Origin: Sminthopsis crassicaudata
Taxonomy: Eukaryota
DNA length: 64,000 nucleotides
Assembly (NCBI RefSeq): GCF_048593235.1
Contig: NC_133619.1
Span: 18,304,454 to 18,368,453 of the forward strand
Reading direction: 5' to 3'
The first letter of the stretch is position 1; every line of letters begins with the position of its first letter. Of the stretch, positions 46,329-58,949 are shown in pieces. The notes below the pieces were generated by a model that saw only the letters and a program-made list of their open reading frames with translations, did not search any database and had not been told where the DNA came from. The position numbers were made by a program, and so were the translations under genes.

Positions 46329-47764
46329 GTAACTAAAGCTCCCTCTCTCCCTACAAAGGCTTTGGATGCTTTGAACAAGTCCCCCAAAGCCACGAAAGAA
46401 GAGATGTAGGAAATGTCTGTAAGGACCAACTGAGGCGTCGTATCCACAAAGAAGCAAACTTAGGGCCGCACCGTAGCCGTCCCCAGTGTGTCCCTTGTGG
46501 GAGCAGCTGATAAGAGATGGGTGTCGAGCTGTCTCCCTAAAAGGAGCTGGAGGCGCTTGGGCCACAGTGACGACGCTGCCGGCCTCCCTGAGAACTGACC
46601 CCAGCACCGTCAGTTGGTCAGTTAGTGGCCTGCTGTGGGCAGGCTCTGTGGGGGAGCTCCCAGGCTGATAGTGGCTACCCTAGGGAGCCAGGGAGGGCCC
46701 GGGACTGGGGAGGATTACAATCACATGACCCTTGGAGTGACTCCAAAGCTGAAGTCAAAGCGTTTAACTTGCTAGGAACCGGCCCTAAGTGGAAGGGCCT
46801 TCTCTGCGAATGCTCCAGAAGCGTCCGCCTCCCCCTCCACTTGTTTCTAAATGTCAGGAGCCGGGCTGCGTCCCTTCACTAAGATGGTTTGCTTATAACT
46901 GGCAGCAGCCACATCGTTATTAGAAGAGCCTGTCAAGTTCCGGGGTAGCCGCCTTGGGAAGGATTTGGAAAATTCAGTCCAGTCCAACCAGCCTCGCTGG
47001 AGCCCCACCTACGGCTCCCCAAACGCGGGGGATGCCCCCTGTCCCCGAGGAGCTTTCTAGGAAGAAACGGAAAAGGTGTACGAAGTCATTAGAGTGGGGC
47101 TGGTGACTGGAACCGGATCGGGCCCCGCTTTGAGTCAGAGGGCATCCTCTGGAGCCCATAAAAGCCACCCCTTCCCTCCTCTTCCCAGAAGCCCTAGGAA
47201 AGCCAGCCTCCAGAACTCCTGCCCCCAGTTCCTTGCCACCTTTTCCTCTGGAGATGTCCCAGAACACGGTTTTTATTTTTTTGCCTTCATGGTAAGTGAG
47301 TGCTCATGTGCTCCCTTCCCCTTCCCCATTCCCTTAGACTGCTGCTCCCTGAGGGCGGGGCAGGGGCCTTCCCGGTTGGGACCACGGGCAATCTAGGGGA
47401 ACAGTGAAGAGCCCGTATTAGAGCGGAAAATAGTGTGTCAACCTGAAACATTCCAACTATCCTATTTAAACAAGTTATTGAAGCTGAACACTGGGAATCG
47501 GACTAAAGAACAGACATGGATACAGACTCACCACTTCCTGCAAGAATAAATGAATGCCGTTATGTCACAGCAACGAGGAGACCCATAATAGGTCCTTAAC
47601 ATACTTAGTTCTTGGTGAGGACTCCTCGATGACCATTAAAAAACAAATCTCGGGAGTGGAAGGGACGGCAGAATCTCAAGCTCTGCCTGAATAAGAATGA
47701 ACTCTTCCACGTAACCCGGAGGTGGCCATGCGACTTTTGCTGGAAGACTTCCAGCGAGAATGGC

Positions 47765-48161
47765 TGTTAGGGTTCTTACAAGGTTCACACCTTTAAAGGA
47801 GTTCGCTCATTGGTCCACACATGAGATTCACAGCTTTGGAGAGAATGTAAAGGACAAGCCCTGGGAGGAGAGTCAGAGCCAGGATTCAGTCAAGGAGGGA
47901 ACTTCGGGGACTTTGGGAGAGTCACAGCTAGGAGTGACCTCCGGGAGACCCACAAGGCAGAAACCCACACTCCCACCCTCTCTGGGAGGAGATTCAGAGG
48001 CAGATTCATTCCCACTTCAGCTTTTTGTGCTGGCTGGAGACACTCACACGAGAGCTCTCAGGAACCAAAGAGAGAGAGACCTCTAAGAAAGCTAACTGGG
48101 CCCAGGAAAGCTCCCCAAGAGATCTGCTCCAAGAGAACAATTATAGTTTAGAGAAGAGAAC
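47765..48161 (+). mobile_element. Probable solo LTR
   Basis: Runs TGTTAGGG...GAGAACA. The internal strings GGCAGATTCATTCC, GTGCTGGCTGGAG and GAGCTCTCAGGAACCAAAGAGAGAG..CCTCTAAGAAAGCTAAC resemble dasyurid LTRs from memory. No clean TSD was found. Confidence 0.55.
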
Positions 48162-49691
48162 ATCCCAGATGCCCCCTCATACCAAGAGATCCCATTCTTC
48201 TCCTGGAGAGCGGCGCCCGGAGATGGCTGCAGAGCCCCGAAGACCCCAGGAGGTCACACTCCAGTCCGTAGGAGGCTCGGTAAATCCTGGCTGGTCAAAG
48301 TTTATTGCATCTGGGGAACAGAATCACTTTTGCTGAAATAAGACATTTGGGAGGAGATCCGGCTTAGCAAGAATACCCCCAAGTGTGTGAGCTGCTGGCT
48401 TCTCCACCGAGGCAGGATTTGTGTGTGGTCGGCCGACTCCGGGACCCCACCTGCAGAGACACGGGGGGCTTGGCCCTTTCCTTCTCCAGCTCGTCACCGA
48501 TGAGGAAACTGAGGCAAATTTGGCCAGAGCCGAACTCGGCAAGAGGAGCCTCCTGGTTCTAGGCCCGGGGTCCTGCCCACCGCACCATTGGCTGTCCTGT
48601 GGTTTGTGGCGTCTGTAAGAAAAGGACTTTTCAGGGGGCTGCCCATCAAAATCCACCGCAGCTCCTGGCAGGATGCTTGCCTGCCATTCCCAGATGCCAT
48701 TTTGGTTGAAAATGCAAATCCACATGTCCATCTGTTCCGGCCCCAGCACCGATCCTTTTAGGAAGCAAAAGCAGCCACTTGGGCGTCCGAGGGCTGCCAC
48801 TCAACCGGGCTTGGCCGTCCCTCTCGCCAGCCTAGACTCAGCTTTAGGATGCGCAGTAGCTCAGAGGGCCCCCCACGGGCGCTCTGCTCGCCAGTCAGTG
48901 CAGACATGCTTTCCTGGCTTTCCCTGCTCACTCTCCCTAACCCCACCCAGATGTACCAGACTGAAGCTTCGTGAGAATCCCGTGTGCGGTTAAGCTGGAG
49001 TTCTAGTCTTCCCCATTCTCAGGGGCATCTTACGCCCCCCTGAGTCTTCAGTAATAGATTCAGAATAAGCTGTGAAAAGGGCCCTGTGCTTCTGTTCCTG
49101 CTTTGCAGGGGATGCTCCTGAGCCAGTGTAGAAGAAAGAGCGAAAGCTGGAGAGTGTGCAGCGTCCCAGGCTGGGAACTATGTCAGGTGTGAGCGAAAAG
49201 TCTGCCGCCTGCAATGATGGGGTGGGGGTGCAAGACCTGGAGCAACTCAGAGAAATGTGGGAGCAGAGACTGGAAGCGGGCTGGTGACGAGGGGGAGCAA
49301 AAAGCAGCAAGCCCAAGGGAGAGCCACCCTGGGCAGGAGCGGGGTATGGCTGCGGGATTATGGGCATCAAAGGGATCCTGACTCCCCCCTGCCGTGTTTG
49401 AGTCAAAGGCACGGGGTCCCTGTGCCCTGCTGAAGAAAGATAAGGCTGTCGGGGTGCTCTGCACACAAAAGCGCTGTATAAATGTCAGTTATTATTAAGG
49501 AAAGCAGATAAACTTAATCCTCCTGCTAAAGTTTATTATTGTTATCACTTTTAATCTTTAGGGTTAGGTTGGGACTGTCACCGTGGCTAATCCCAGAGTC
49601 CATAAAGGAAAACCTGCCTCAGGCCTGCAGGACTCCTCTACCAGGCTCTCACTAGGAGGCCCACAAGAGGAGAACCTTTTACTTCAAAGCA

Positions 49692-50468
49692 NNNNNNNNN
49701 NNNNNNNNNNNNNNNNNNNNNNNNNNNNNNNNNNNNNNNNNNNNNNNNNNNNNNNNNNNNNNNNNNNNNNNNNNNNNNNNNNNNNNNNNNNNNNNNNNNN
49801 NNNNNNNNNNNNNNNNNNNNNNNNNNNNNNNNNNNNNNNNNNNNNNNNNNNNNNNNNNNNNNNNNNNNNNNNNNNNNNNNNNNNNNNNNNNNNNNNNNNN
49901 NNNNNNNNNNNNNNNNNNNNNNNNNNNNNNNNNNNNNNNNNNNNNNNNNNNNNNNNNNNNNNNNNNNNNNNNNNNNNNNNNNNNNNNNNNNNNNNNNNNN
50001 NNNNNNNNNNNNNNNNNNNNNNNNNNNNNNNNNNNNNNNNNNNNNNNNNNNNNNNNNNNNNNNNNNNNNNNNNNNNNNNNNNNNNNNNNNNNNNNNNNNN
50101 NNNNNNNNNNNNNNNNNNNNNNNNNNNNNNNNNNNNNNNNNNNNNNNNNNNNNNNNNNNNNNNNNNNNNNNNNNNNNNNNNNNNNNNNNNNNNNNNNNNN
50201 NNNNNNNNNNNNNNNNNNNNNNNNNNNNNNNNNNNNNNNNNNNNNNNNNNNNNNNNNNNNNNNNNNNNNNNNNNNNNNNNNNNNNNNNNNNNNNNNNNNN
50301 NNNNNNNNNNNNNNNNNNNNNNNNNNNNNNNNNNNNNNNNNNNNNNNNNNNNNNNNNNNNNNNNNNNNNNNNNNNNNNNNNNNNNNNNNNNNNNNNNNNN
50401 NNNNNNNNNNNNNNNNNNNNNNNNNNNNNNNNNNNNNNNNNNNNNNNNNNNNNNNNNNNNNNNNNNNN
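49692..50468. other. Assembly gap
   Basis: N run. Confidence 1.
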
Positions 50469-51050
50469 GTGGCAAAGTCCACAGACCTCTACTCAGAATA
50501 AGATATTTTTCAATGCACTTTATGCACGTGTTGACAGAGAAGCCAAGTTTAAGGCCTTAGTTCCCAGGAGTCCCAGGTTATAAGAACCTTCTATTTCAAA
50601 GGGTCGTGGTTCTTCTGCAAAAGTCAGTCAGTAAACAGGAAGCCCCTACTGTGTGAATACAGAGAAAGGGAAAGCAGCCCCTGCCCTCCAGGCGGCTCTC
50701 ACGGGGAGAGCCCACGCCAGCCACGGATCGCCCAGGTGGGCACCTCATGAACGAGGAAGGATTGTTGGGAAGACATCCGGGACGGGGACTCCCCCTTTCC
50801 AAAGCAGTGCTAGGAAGTCCGCCGTGAAAGTCCCGTTCGGTCCCCTCCCCCGACCTCCCGGAGGCTGTGGGGAGCAAGGGAAGCTCGTTTGTGTCCCGGG
50901 CTCTCGGACTCCCCAGCGCTTAGTGTGTGATTTACAATGTTGCGTCTCTGCCCTAGGGACCCAGCGGAGGGGGAATGGCATCTTTGTGCTCATCAGTGCT
51001 GAGCAGAATTGAGTGCTTCTGGCCGCTAATGAAGAAGCCATTCTGAGAAG

Positions 51051-52204
51051 GGCCCCCCCAGAGAGGGCTCCCCCAGAGAGGGCTCCCCCAGAGAGAGGCT
51101 CCCCCAGAGAGAGAGGCTCCCCCAGAGAGAGGCTCCCCCAGAGAGAGGCTCCCCCAGAGAGAGAGGCTCCCCCAGAGAGAGGCTCCCCCAGAGAGAGGCT
51201 CCCCCAGAGAGGGCTCCCCCAGAGAGAGGCTCCCCCAGAGAGAGAGGCTCCCCCAGAGAGAGGCTCCCCCAGAGAGAGGCTCCCCCAGAGAGAGAGAGGC
51301 TCCCCCAGAGAGAGGCTCCCCCAGAGAGAGGCTCCCCCAGAGAGAGAGGCTCCCCCAGAGAGAGGCTCCCCCAGAGAGAGAGAGGCTCCCCCAGAGAGAG
51401 AGGCTCCCCCAGAGAGAGGCTCCCCCAGAGAGAGAGGCTCCCCCAGAGAGAGGCTCCCCCAGAGAGAGGCTCCCCCAGAGAGAGAGAGGCTCCCCCAGAG
51501 AGGGCTCCCCCAGAGAGAGGCTCCCCCAGAGAGAGGCTCCCCCAGAGAGAGGCTCCCCCAGAGAGAGGCTCCCCCAGAGAGAGAGGCTCCCCCAGAGAGA
51601 GGCTCCCCCAGAGAGGGCTCCCCCAGAGAGGGCTCCCCCAGAGAGGGCTTCCCCAGAGAGAGGCTCCCCCAGAGAGGGCTCCCCTAGAGAGGGCTCCCCC
51701 AGAGAGGGCTCCCCCAGAGAGGGCTCCCCCGGAGAGAGGCTCCCCCAGAGAGAGGCTCCCCAGATTTCCACCAGAGAGAGGCTCCCTCAGAGAGGACTCC
51801 CCCAGAGAGGGCTCCCTCAGAGAGAGGCTCCCCAGATTTCCACCATAGAGAGGGCTCCCCCAGAGAGGGCTCCCCCAGAGAGGGCTCCCCCAGAGAGGGC
51901 TTCCCCGGAGAGAGGCTCCCCCAGAGAGAGGCTCCCCAGATTTCCACCAGAGAGAGGCTCCCTCAGAGAGGACTCCCCCAGAGAGGGCTCCCTCAGAGAG
52001 AGGCTCCCCAGATTTCCACCAAAGAGAGGGCTCCCCCAGAGAGGGCTCCCCCAGAGAGGGCTCCCCCAGAGAGGGCTTCCCCGGAGAGAGGCTCCCCCAG
52101 AGAGAGGCTCCCCAGATTTCCACCAGAGAGAGGCTCCCTCAGAGAGGACTCCCCCAGAGAGGGCTCCTCCCGAGAGGGCTCCCCAGGAAAGAGAGGCCCC
52201 CCAG
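51051..52204. repeat. 14-18-bp minisatellite GGCTCCCCCA(GA)nG with a 176-bp higher-order repeat in the distal half
   Basis: Monomer GGCTCCCCCAGAGAGA with a variable GA count. The block CAGATTTCCACCAGAGAGAGGCTCCCTCAGAGAGGACT recurs at 51761, 51937 and 52113. Confidence 0.97.
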
Positions 52205-55149
52205 CTTCCACCAGACTGCCCCAAGGGGTCTGGGACTTCACTGCCGCTTTGTGTCTCTGAGTTTTAACAACCTCTCCTTACCGCTGTCCGGCCGTGTGTC
52301 TGAGGGTCTTCCCTCCTTTATAGGAACTTGACCTTGAGAAAGGGCTGAGACCTTCAGCTCCTCTAAAGTCGCCAGAACCATTTAAAGGCACAGTGTGAAG
52401 CAGAGCTGATGGGCCCCAAGCAAGATCTGGGTGCCGAGAGCCGGGTGCTTGCGCTAGGCCCTGGGGAGCCCCTGGCCCGCCCCCCGCCTGGGGAGCAGGA
52501 CCCCAGATACCCACATGCGGGAGTCGGGGCCGCACCAGTGGAAGGGCGGCCCGAGGGGGAGGGGGAGTCACCGGGTGCCCGCGCCGGTCCCCTCGGGAGC
52601 AGCTGACACTTGTGCCCAGAGGGAGAAGGTCCTGGCTGCATGGGTGAGGAAGGCCAGCTTTGGCCGGCAGCCGAGGGGAGGATGGGTCCCTCTTCTCAGT
52701 ATCTGGGGGGGCCGATTTCCCACATGTGCTAATGTCTCTGGAAACACTCGGGGTCCCTTCTCTCCTGATTCCTCGGCACCTTAAAGGAAAGTCACTTTAT
52801 TTCCTTTGGGAAGTGGACGGGGGAGTTCTTGATCCTCTTCGGGTGTTGACAGCCAGCTAATTATGAAGCACCTCAAATCTGCAGCTGAAGGGAGCCTTCC
52901 ACATGCGGATAACTAAACATTTCGGCGTTATTGTAATTATTAACCGTTTGAAAGTGTGAGCGGACCTGGCAATATGCCAATGGTGGGGGGGAGATGACCG
53001 AAGGTGGGTTTCAGCCCTCCGGGGCCTTCCTCCCGCTCCCCTCTGTTTCTTCCCCAGACAGACACTAGGAAGAGCTCAGAAGCCGGTGGTCCCCGGCTGC
53101 TGTCAGAGGTAGGGTCCTGAACACGACCCCCCATCCCATAGCTCTGGGCTTCTCCCCATGACTGGGATGTTCTCCTGCTGCCCTTTCCTGGCTTCCTTCA
53201 GAGCCCTGAGGACCCCGACTGTAGAGGAGAAGGGAGATTGCCCCAATGGTTGGCGTTGCCACTTGCTAGAAAGACAGAGTCAGCGAGAGCCCAAATACTC
53301 TGCCCCGTCTCTGCAGGGATGAGCCCCTCTTACCGAGCCCTCCTGCCAGGGAGCCGCTGGCCTGATGGTCGGAACCATGTGGGCTGGAGGTGACCAGAAG
53401 CCTCTGGAGCCCAGTCCAGCGGAGTCCTGCGGGCGGGACCCCTTGTCGAGATTGGCCATTCTGGGCGTCCAGTCCCACTCTGGATGATTCGGAGAAGAGG
53501 GCACTTTCTTGTCCCCATCGGTCCCCAAGTCTCCCAGGGCTTCTTCACCCATTTCTGTAATCTTGCCTGAGAACAGGAGAGAAGAAATCCCCTTTCTAGA
53601 AAGGGAATTGTACAACTAAGAACTAAATAGGGCCAGCGTGGGTTAATCCTTGTCTGAAATACGGGCCCCATTCTGGGGAGCCAGACGCTGGGGTCGGGCC
53701 CTTCCTCTCTGCCCGCCCCGCGCTCCTTCCCTGCCAGGTTTGCTCCTGCCCACGTTCGGTCCGTCCCTCGGTTTGAGAGCGTTTAACTGAACTCGTGCGT
53801 TCACGTTTTGGGAGCAGATGAGTGTTTATGTGCTGTCCTGATGAGAATAATGTCCACGCTCAATTAAGACCCAATTCATTAGGCGAACATTAGGTTGAAT
53901 TGGATGGAACTCGGGAGGGTGGCAGCTCCGTGAGCCTTGCCGGGCCGGTGGGGCAGAATGTCCTGTTCCTTCTCCGCCGAGCACAGCATTGGACAAGGGA
54001 CTTGATCGTGTGAATTTTCTCCTGGGGAAAATAATCTCCCAAAATCTATGCTGCAGTGCTGAGGAGGAGTTCATCCCCGTTACCATTTCAAAATGCTTTT
54101 TATATAAATGTCAAGTCTAATGGTAGGTTAAATAAAAGTATGAATTTAAAAGAAAAACCCGAACAGGATGACAGTCTGTGCCGCTCTCTGTGGTGATTAA
54201 GGTTGGCGTGTGTGTGTCTGTTGGTCTTAAAAGTGGAGATGAGATTTCAACTCTTCTCAAAGCGCCCTAGAGTTCCTTTTGAATGCCGGGGTTAAAAATA
54301 GCTGTTTACTTCATAGAGATGTAAGGGGCCTGGAAGCACGATCGGGGCTTGCACTTAAGAAGCTCTGGAAGTCCATGACCCATTCCCTGCCGTCAGGAGC
54401 TGAGGTCCAGTCGGGAGACAGGGTTAATGGCACTAATCACAGAACAACGCAAGACAGAATGCCGCGAGTGCTAGGAATTTAGTAGATGGGGTTCTCTCCC
54501 CTCAAGGAGAAGGGCTGAACATCTAAAGCGTACAGTCCATCTGTAACAGAGTCTAGCCCTTAATTTGTTACAGGGGATGAGGAAAAGATTCGGGAGAGCG
54601 GTCACTTACCTGAGGCCGTTCCGGGAACGAATGGCAGGGGTGGCATTGAACCAAGGCTCTCCCCATTTTCCACTGGGCTACAACCCACCCAGTGTTTCAG
54701 TGTTGGGGCTGAAAGCCCAAAGGCCGCTCCTTCGGGCCATGGCGGGCAGCTCCTGGTGCCAGATAGCCCAGGGAGAATGCCATGAGCTTGGCGGGATGGC
54801 CACAGCACCTGTTGGTCTATGTCAATGTTGATTACTGACAAAGACAATCTTTTATTATTCGAAATGACACATGACCGGGTATGGTCTCACAGTCCCTCGC
54901 TTTAGAAAGGCCGGTCACATGGAATGGGGAAGTGAATTTTCAGCCTCTTTTTGTTCAAGACCGGGCCCACATATCAGCAGTTGAGACCTACCCCCAGAAG
55001 GAGCAAATATTGCCAATGTGCAGATGTGATGGGCTGGCAGATCCTGTGCCCATGGGGACAGGGAATATGCTGGAAGGTAGCGCTGAGCTGGGATCAGGGA
55101 CGAGGCTGAATTTCTGGAGAATGTTCTTTTTTTTAAATTTAATTTATTC

Positions 55150-55535
55150 ATCCATCTATTTATCTGTCCTATCTGTCTGTCTGTCTGTCTGCCTGCCTAT
55201 CTGTCTGTTGGTCTGTTTGCCTGTCTGTCTGTCTTTCTNNNNNNNNNNNNNNNNNNNNNNNNNNNNNNNNNNNNNNNNNNNNNNNNNNNNNNNNNNNNNN
55301 NNNNNNNNNNNNNNNNNNNNNNNNNNNNNNNNNNNNNNNNNNNNNNNNNNNNNNNNNNNNNNNNNNNNNNNNNNNNNNNNNNNNNNNNNNNNNNNNNNNN
55401 NNNNNNNNNNNNNNNNNNNNNNNNNNNNNNNNNNNNNNNNNNNNNNNNNNNNNNNNNNNNNNNNNNNNNNNNNNNNNNNTCTGTTTGCCTGTCTATCTAT
55501 CTGTCTGTTGGTCTGTTTGTCTATCTGTCTGTCTA
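55150..55535. repeat. (TCTG)n-type degenerate repeat spanning a gap (N 55239-55479)
   Basis: CTGTCTGTCTG on both sides of the gap. Confidence 0.85.
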
Positions 55536-57719
55536 TTTTAGAATGTTCTTTTATGGGAGTGGGAGTGCCATTCCAATAGGCATCATTGCATTAATTGTAC
55601 TTCTGTCCCCAGAGCCCAGCACGGTTCTCGGCACATAATGGAGCAGATACCTTTAGCCAGGGCTTGTGCCATCTGGGCTCCAGTGGGAAGCAGTGCCGTA
55701 CATGGAAAAAACACTCATCATCTTTGGATCCAGACAACCCTCGTTCAAATGCAACAAGTCACTTAACCATTCTCCATTTTCCTTTCTGTCAAATGAGGGA
55801 ACTTGATTAGATTGCCTCTTGAGGTATTCTTTAGTTCTTAAACTCTGACCCCAGAATTTCCATTTTTCTCTGTTCCGTCTTCTGTTATTCCTCCCCATTT
55901 TCAGCACTTTACTTAGAGGCTCATAGGAAGAGGAGGTAAAAGGTCGAGGTAGGTGTGGGGCAGAAGTGGGGCAGTCAAAAAAAGAAATGTTCCAAGGTGA
56001 TTCTCAGGGTTAGCTGAGAGGAGATAATCGAGGATAGGTTCTCCTGCTGTTATTGGATCAGAACAGAATTTCCTGAGAAGTATAATTCCGTGCTCAATGT
56101 CTGTGCTTGATTTGAAAGAAACATATTTCACTGTTATGTCAGAGCCTGAGGGTGTAATGAATGTGTTTTCTAAATGCTTTCTATTGGATAAATGACTTAT
56201 ATCATTTGCTTGCAGTAAAAATTTATTCAGAGTCATTGCATGCTAAATTCAGTGTCATGTCGCGCCTTAAAGAAGGATGTTCCTAAAAGCAGCCGCTTTC
56301 CCTTCCACCGTGTGGAGGGTCTCAGCAGACTCACCTTGCCTTTCCTTCGGTAATGAAATGCTCACGGTGCCTGCGAGAAATAGCAACTTCCTTCCTTATT
56401 TTTATGATGGATAAAAATTGTCCCCCCAAAGAAGGCAAGGGACTAATAGAAAGAAATGCCTTAAAGGTAGCTCTGTATATTGCTAAAATTTATGCCCCCT
56501 GAAATCTTGTTAAAAGCATCATAAATAATGTGGCGGGCCCCTCCCCTGGCGATGGCGGGGCTTTTGGAATCGCACACTCAGCATTCTCGGGAAATGGGAT
56601 GCCTGGGACACGAACCAAATAGCATTTTCTGCGCGCTCCTCATCTGTCATGTTTCCCACGTATCACCAAGTGAAGGTGAGACTGAAGGAAATTGTTTTTG
56701 TTTTGCACAGAGCTCCCTAAATCAAATAAAGTATAAAACAAATGTTCTTTTCTTTAAAAAAAAGATGCCCATATGAGGCCGTAGCAAAGCACCAGAGATG
56801 GGCACATTCAATTTAGCTCAAACAAGCATTTATTAAGTGCTCCTATGAGCCAGTAACCCTGTCATCTCTGCAGGGTCCCAGGCCCTGGGCAGCTCCACAA
56901 CACAGGAAGCGGCCAGGAGATGCTGGCACAGAGTGGGAGCTGGAGTTCCCTTCCCAGGAGTTTGCTGCCCCAGCAAGGGGCTCTCTGAGGAGTAATCTGG
57001 GAAGAGAGGGCTCAGGGCAGGTATTAGAGGGGCTGTCACATACGGGAGGGCCTCCTAGACTCAGAGGCAGAGGGGAAGGAACCAGAAGTCTTGGGGAGAA
57101 GTTGCAGAAAAGGCCCAAAGTCAGGAAGAAGTGTCCTAACAGTCAGAATTGCCCCAAAGGGGAAGGCACTGGCCAGGGAGTGAGGCCTTGAAGGCCTTCA
57201 GGCTGGAAGATGCACCAAGTGGGCATCCCTCTCCTGGCTGGCTGGGGTTCTTGACTGCAGGCACAGATGCAGAGACAAGCAGACCAGTCCATGTGCTCTC
57301 TGCCCTAATGCTGAATGTTGGCTCCTGAGCCTCTGTCTCTGGGTGGAGACCTGGGACCCTAGACTTAAGGTGGTCAGCGACCTCAAGGGTCAAGTCCCAT
57401 CAGGTGAAGGAAGCCTTGATCCAGACCAGTGAGAGGGGGTGGGCTGGCCCCTGGCAGACCCATGATCAGAACCTGGCCTCTGGCTGGGTACCCACTGCCC
57501 TTCCCACTGTGTTCCACCAGGCAGGTGCTCCTGCCTGACTGGTTAAGAAGATGCTGCTCATTACTTAGCTGGAGGACTGCCGGTAAATCCTTCACTTCTG
57601 AAAGTTTCTTTTCTTTCTCTGTATATTAGTGTGTGGGGGGGGAGATAATAATAATAGGTGTCATTTATATACTATTTTGAGGTCTGCAGAGTATGTTATA
57701 TACATCATCTCATTCGATC

Positions 57720-58930
57720 TTTTTTTTCTAATATATTTATTTTTAAAACATATTGCTTTATGAATCATGGAGAGAAAAATCAGAGCAAAACGGAAAAAGA
57801 AATAAACGGAAAAAAGAAGTGGACCTAGCATGTGTTGATTTACCTTCAATCTCCTTAGTTCCTTTTGTGGATGCAGATGGCGTTTTCTGTCCAAAGTCTA
57901 TTGGAGTTGCTTTGGATCACTGAACTGCTGAGAAGAACCTTGCATGGTTTTTCTTTCATGGTTGGCCATTGCACATTTTTGCCATTCCTGTGTACAATGT
58001 ATTCCTGGCTCTGCTTTTATAATTATAATATTTTTTGACAGTACATATGCATAGATAATTTTTTACAACATTATCCTTTGTACTCCCTTCTGTTCTGAAT
58101 TTTTCCCCTCCTTCCCTCCACCCCCTCCCCTGGATGGCAGGCATTCCCATACATGTTAAATATGTTCTAGTATATCCTAGGTACAATATCTGTGTGCAGA
58201 ACCGAATTTTGTTGTTGTTGTGCAAAGGAGGAATTGGATTTGGAAGGTAAAAATAATCTGGGGAGAAAAACAAAAAATGCTCACAGTTTACACTCATTTC
58301 CCAGTGTTCCTTCTCTGGGTGTAGCTGCTTCTGTCCATCATTGATCAGTTGGAATTGGATTAGCTCTTCTCTATGTTGAAGATTTCCACTACCATCAGAA
58401 TACATCCTCATACAGTATTGTTGTTGAAGTGTATAGTGATCTCCTGCTTCTGATCCTTTCACTCAGCATCAGTTGATGTAAGTCTCTCCAGGCCTCTCTG
58501 TATTCCTCCTGCTGGTCATTTCTTACAGAGCAATAATATTCCATAACCTTCATATACCATAATTTACCCAACATTCTCCAATGGATGGACATCCATTCAT
58601 TTTCCAGTTTCTACTGGCTCTGCTTGTTTCACTCAGCATCAGTTCATGTAAATCTTTCCAGGCTTTTCTAAGATCAGCTTGTGCATCATTTTTTTTTATG
58701 GAATAATAATATTCCATTCACGTACCACAACTTGTTCAGCCATTCCCCAAATGATGGGCATCTATTCAGTTTCCAATTTTTTTGCTGCCACAAACAGCCG
58801 TTCCGAACATTTTTGCACATGTGGGTCCTTTTCCCTGGGATGCAGACCCAGTAATGGCACAGTTTTATTGCCCTTGGGGCATAGGTCCAGATGGCTCTCC
58901 AGAATGGTTGGATCATTTCACAACTCATCT
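57720..58930 (-). mobile_element. Older L1 3' region hosting a nested younger L1
   Basis: The host 3'-UTR is continuous across the insertion (TACAATGTATTCCTGGCTCTGCTT | GTTTCACTCAGCATCAGTTCATG). Confidence 0.75.
58017..58613 (-). mobile_element. Young 5'-truncated L1 with a 12-bp TSD
   Basis: TSD CTGGCTCTGCTT at 58005-58016 and 58614-58625. The body is a dasyurid-type L1 3'-UTR (GTACATATGCATAGATAATTTTTTACAACATTATCC...). Confidence 0.85.
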
Positions 58931-58949
58931 CTTTTGCTCTTCACAATTA

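Noticed and set aside
49555-49575. TTAGGGTTAGGTTGGG telomere-like string
   Set aside because: Only one perfect unit, which is expected by chance.
28753-50560. Long ORFs full of X
   Set aside because: They are artefacts of N-gaps.
50953-52224. Pro/Glu/Arg- and Gly/Ser/Leu-rich ORFs up to 365 aa
   Set aside because: They are translations of the 16-bp minisatellite.
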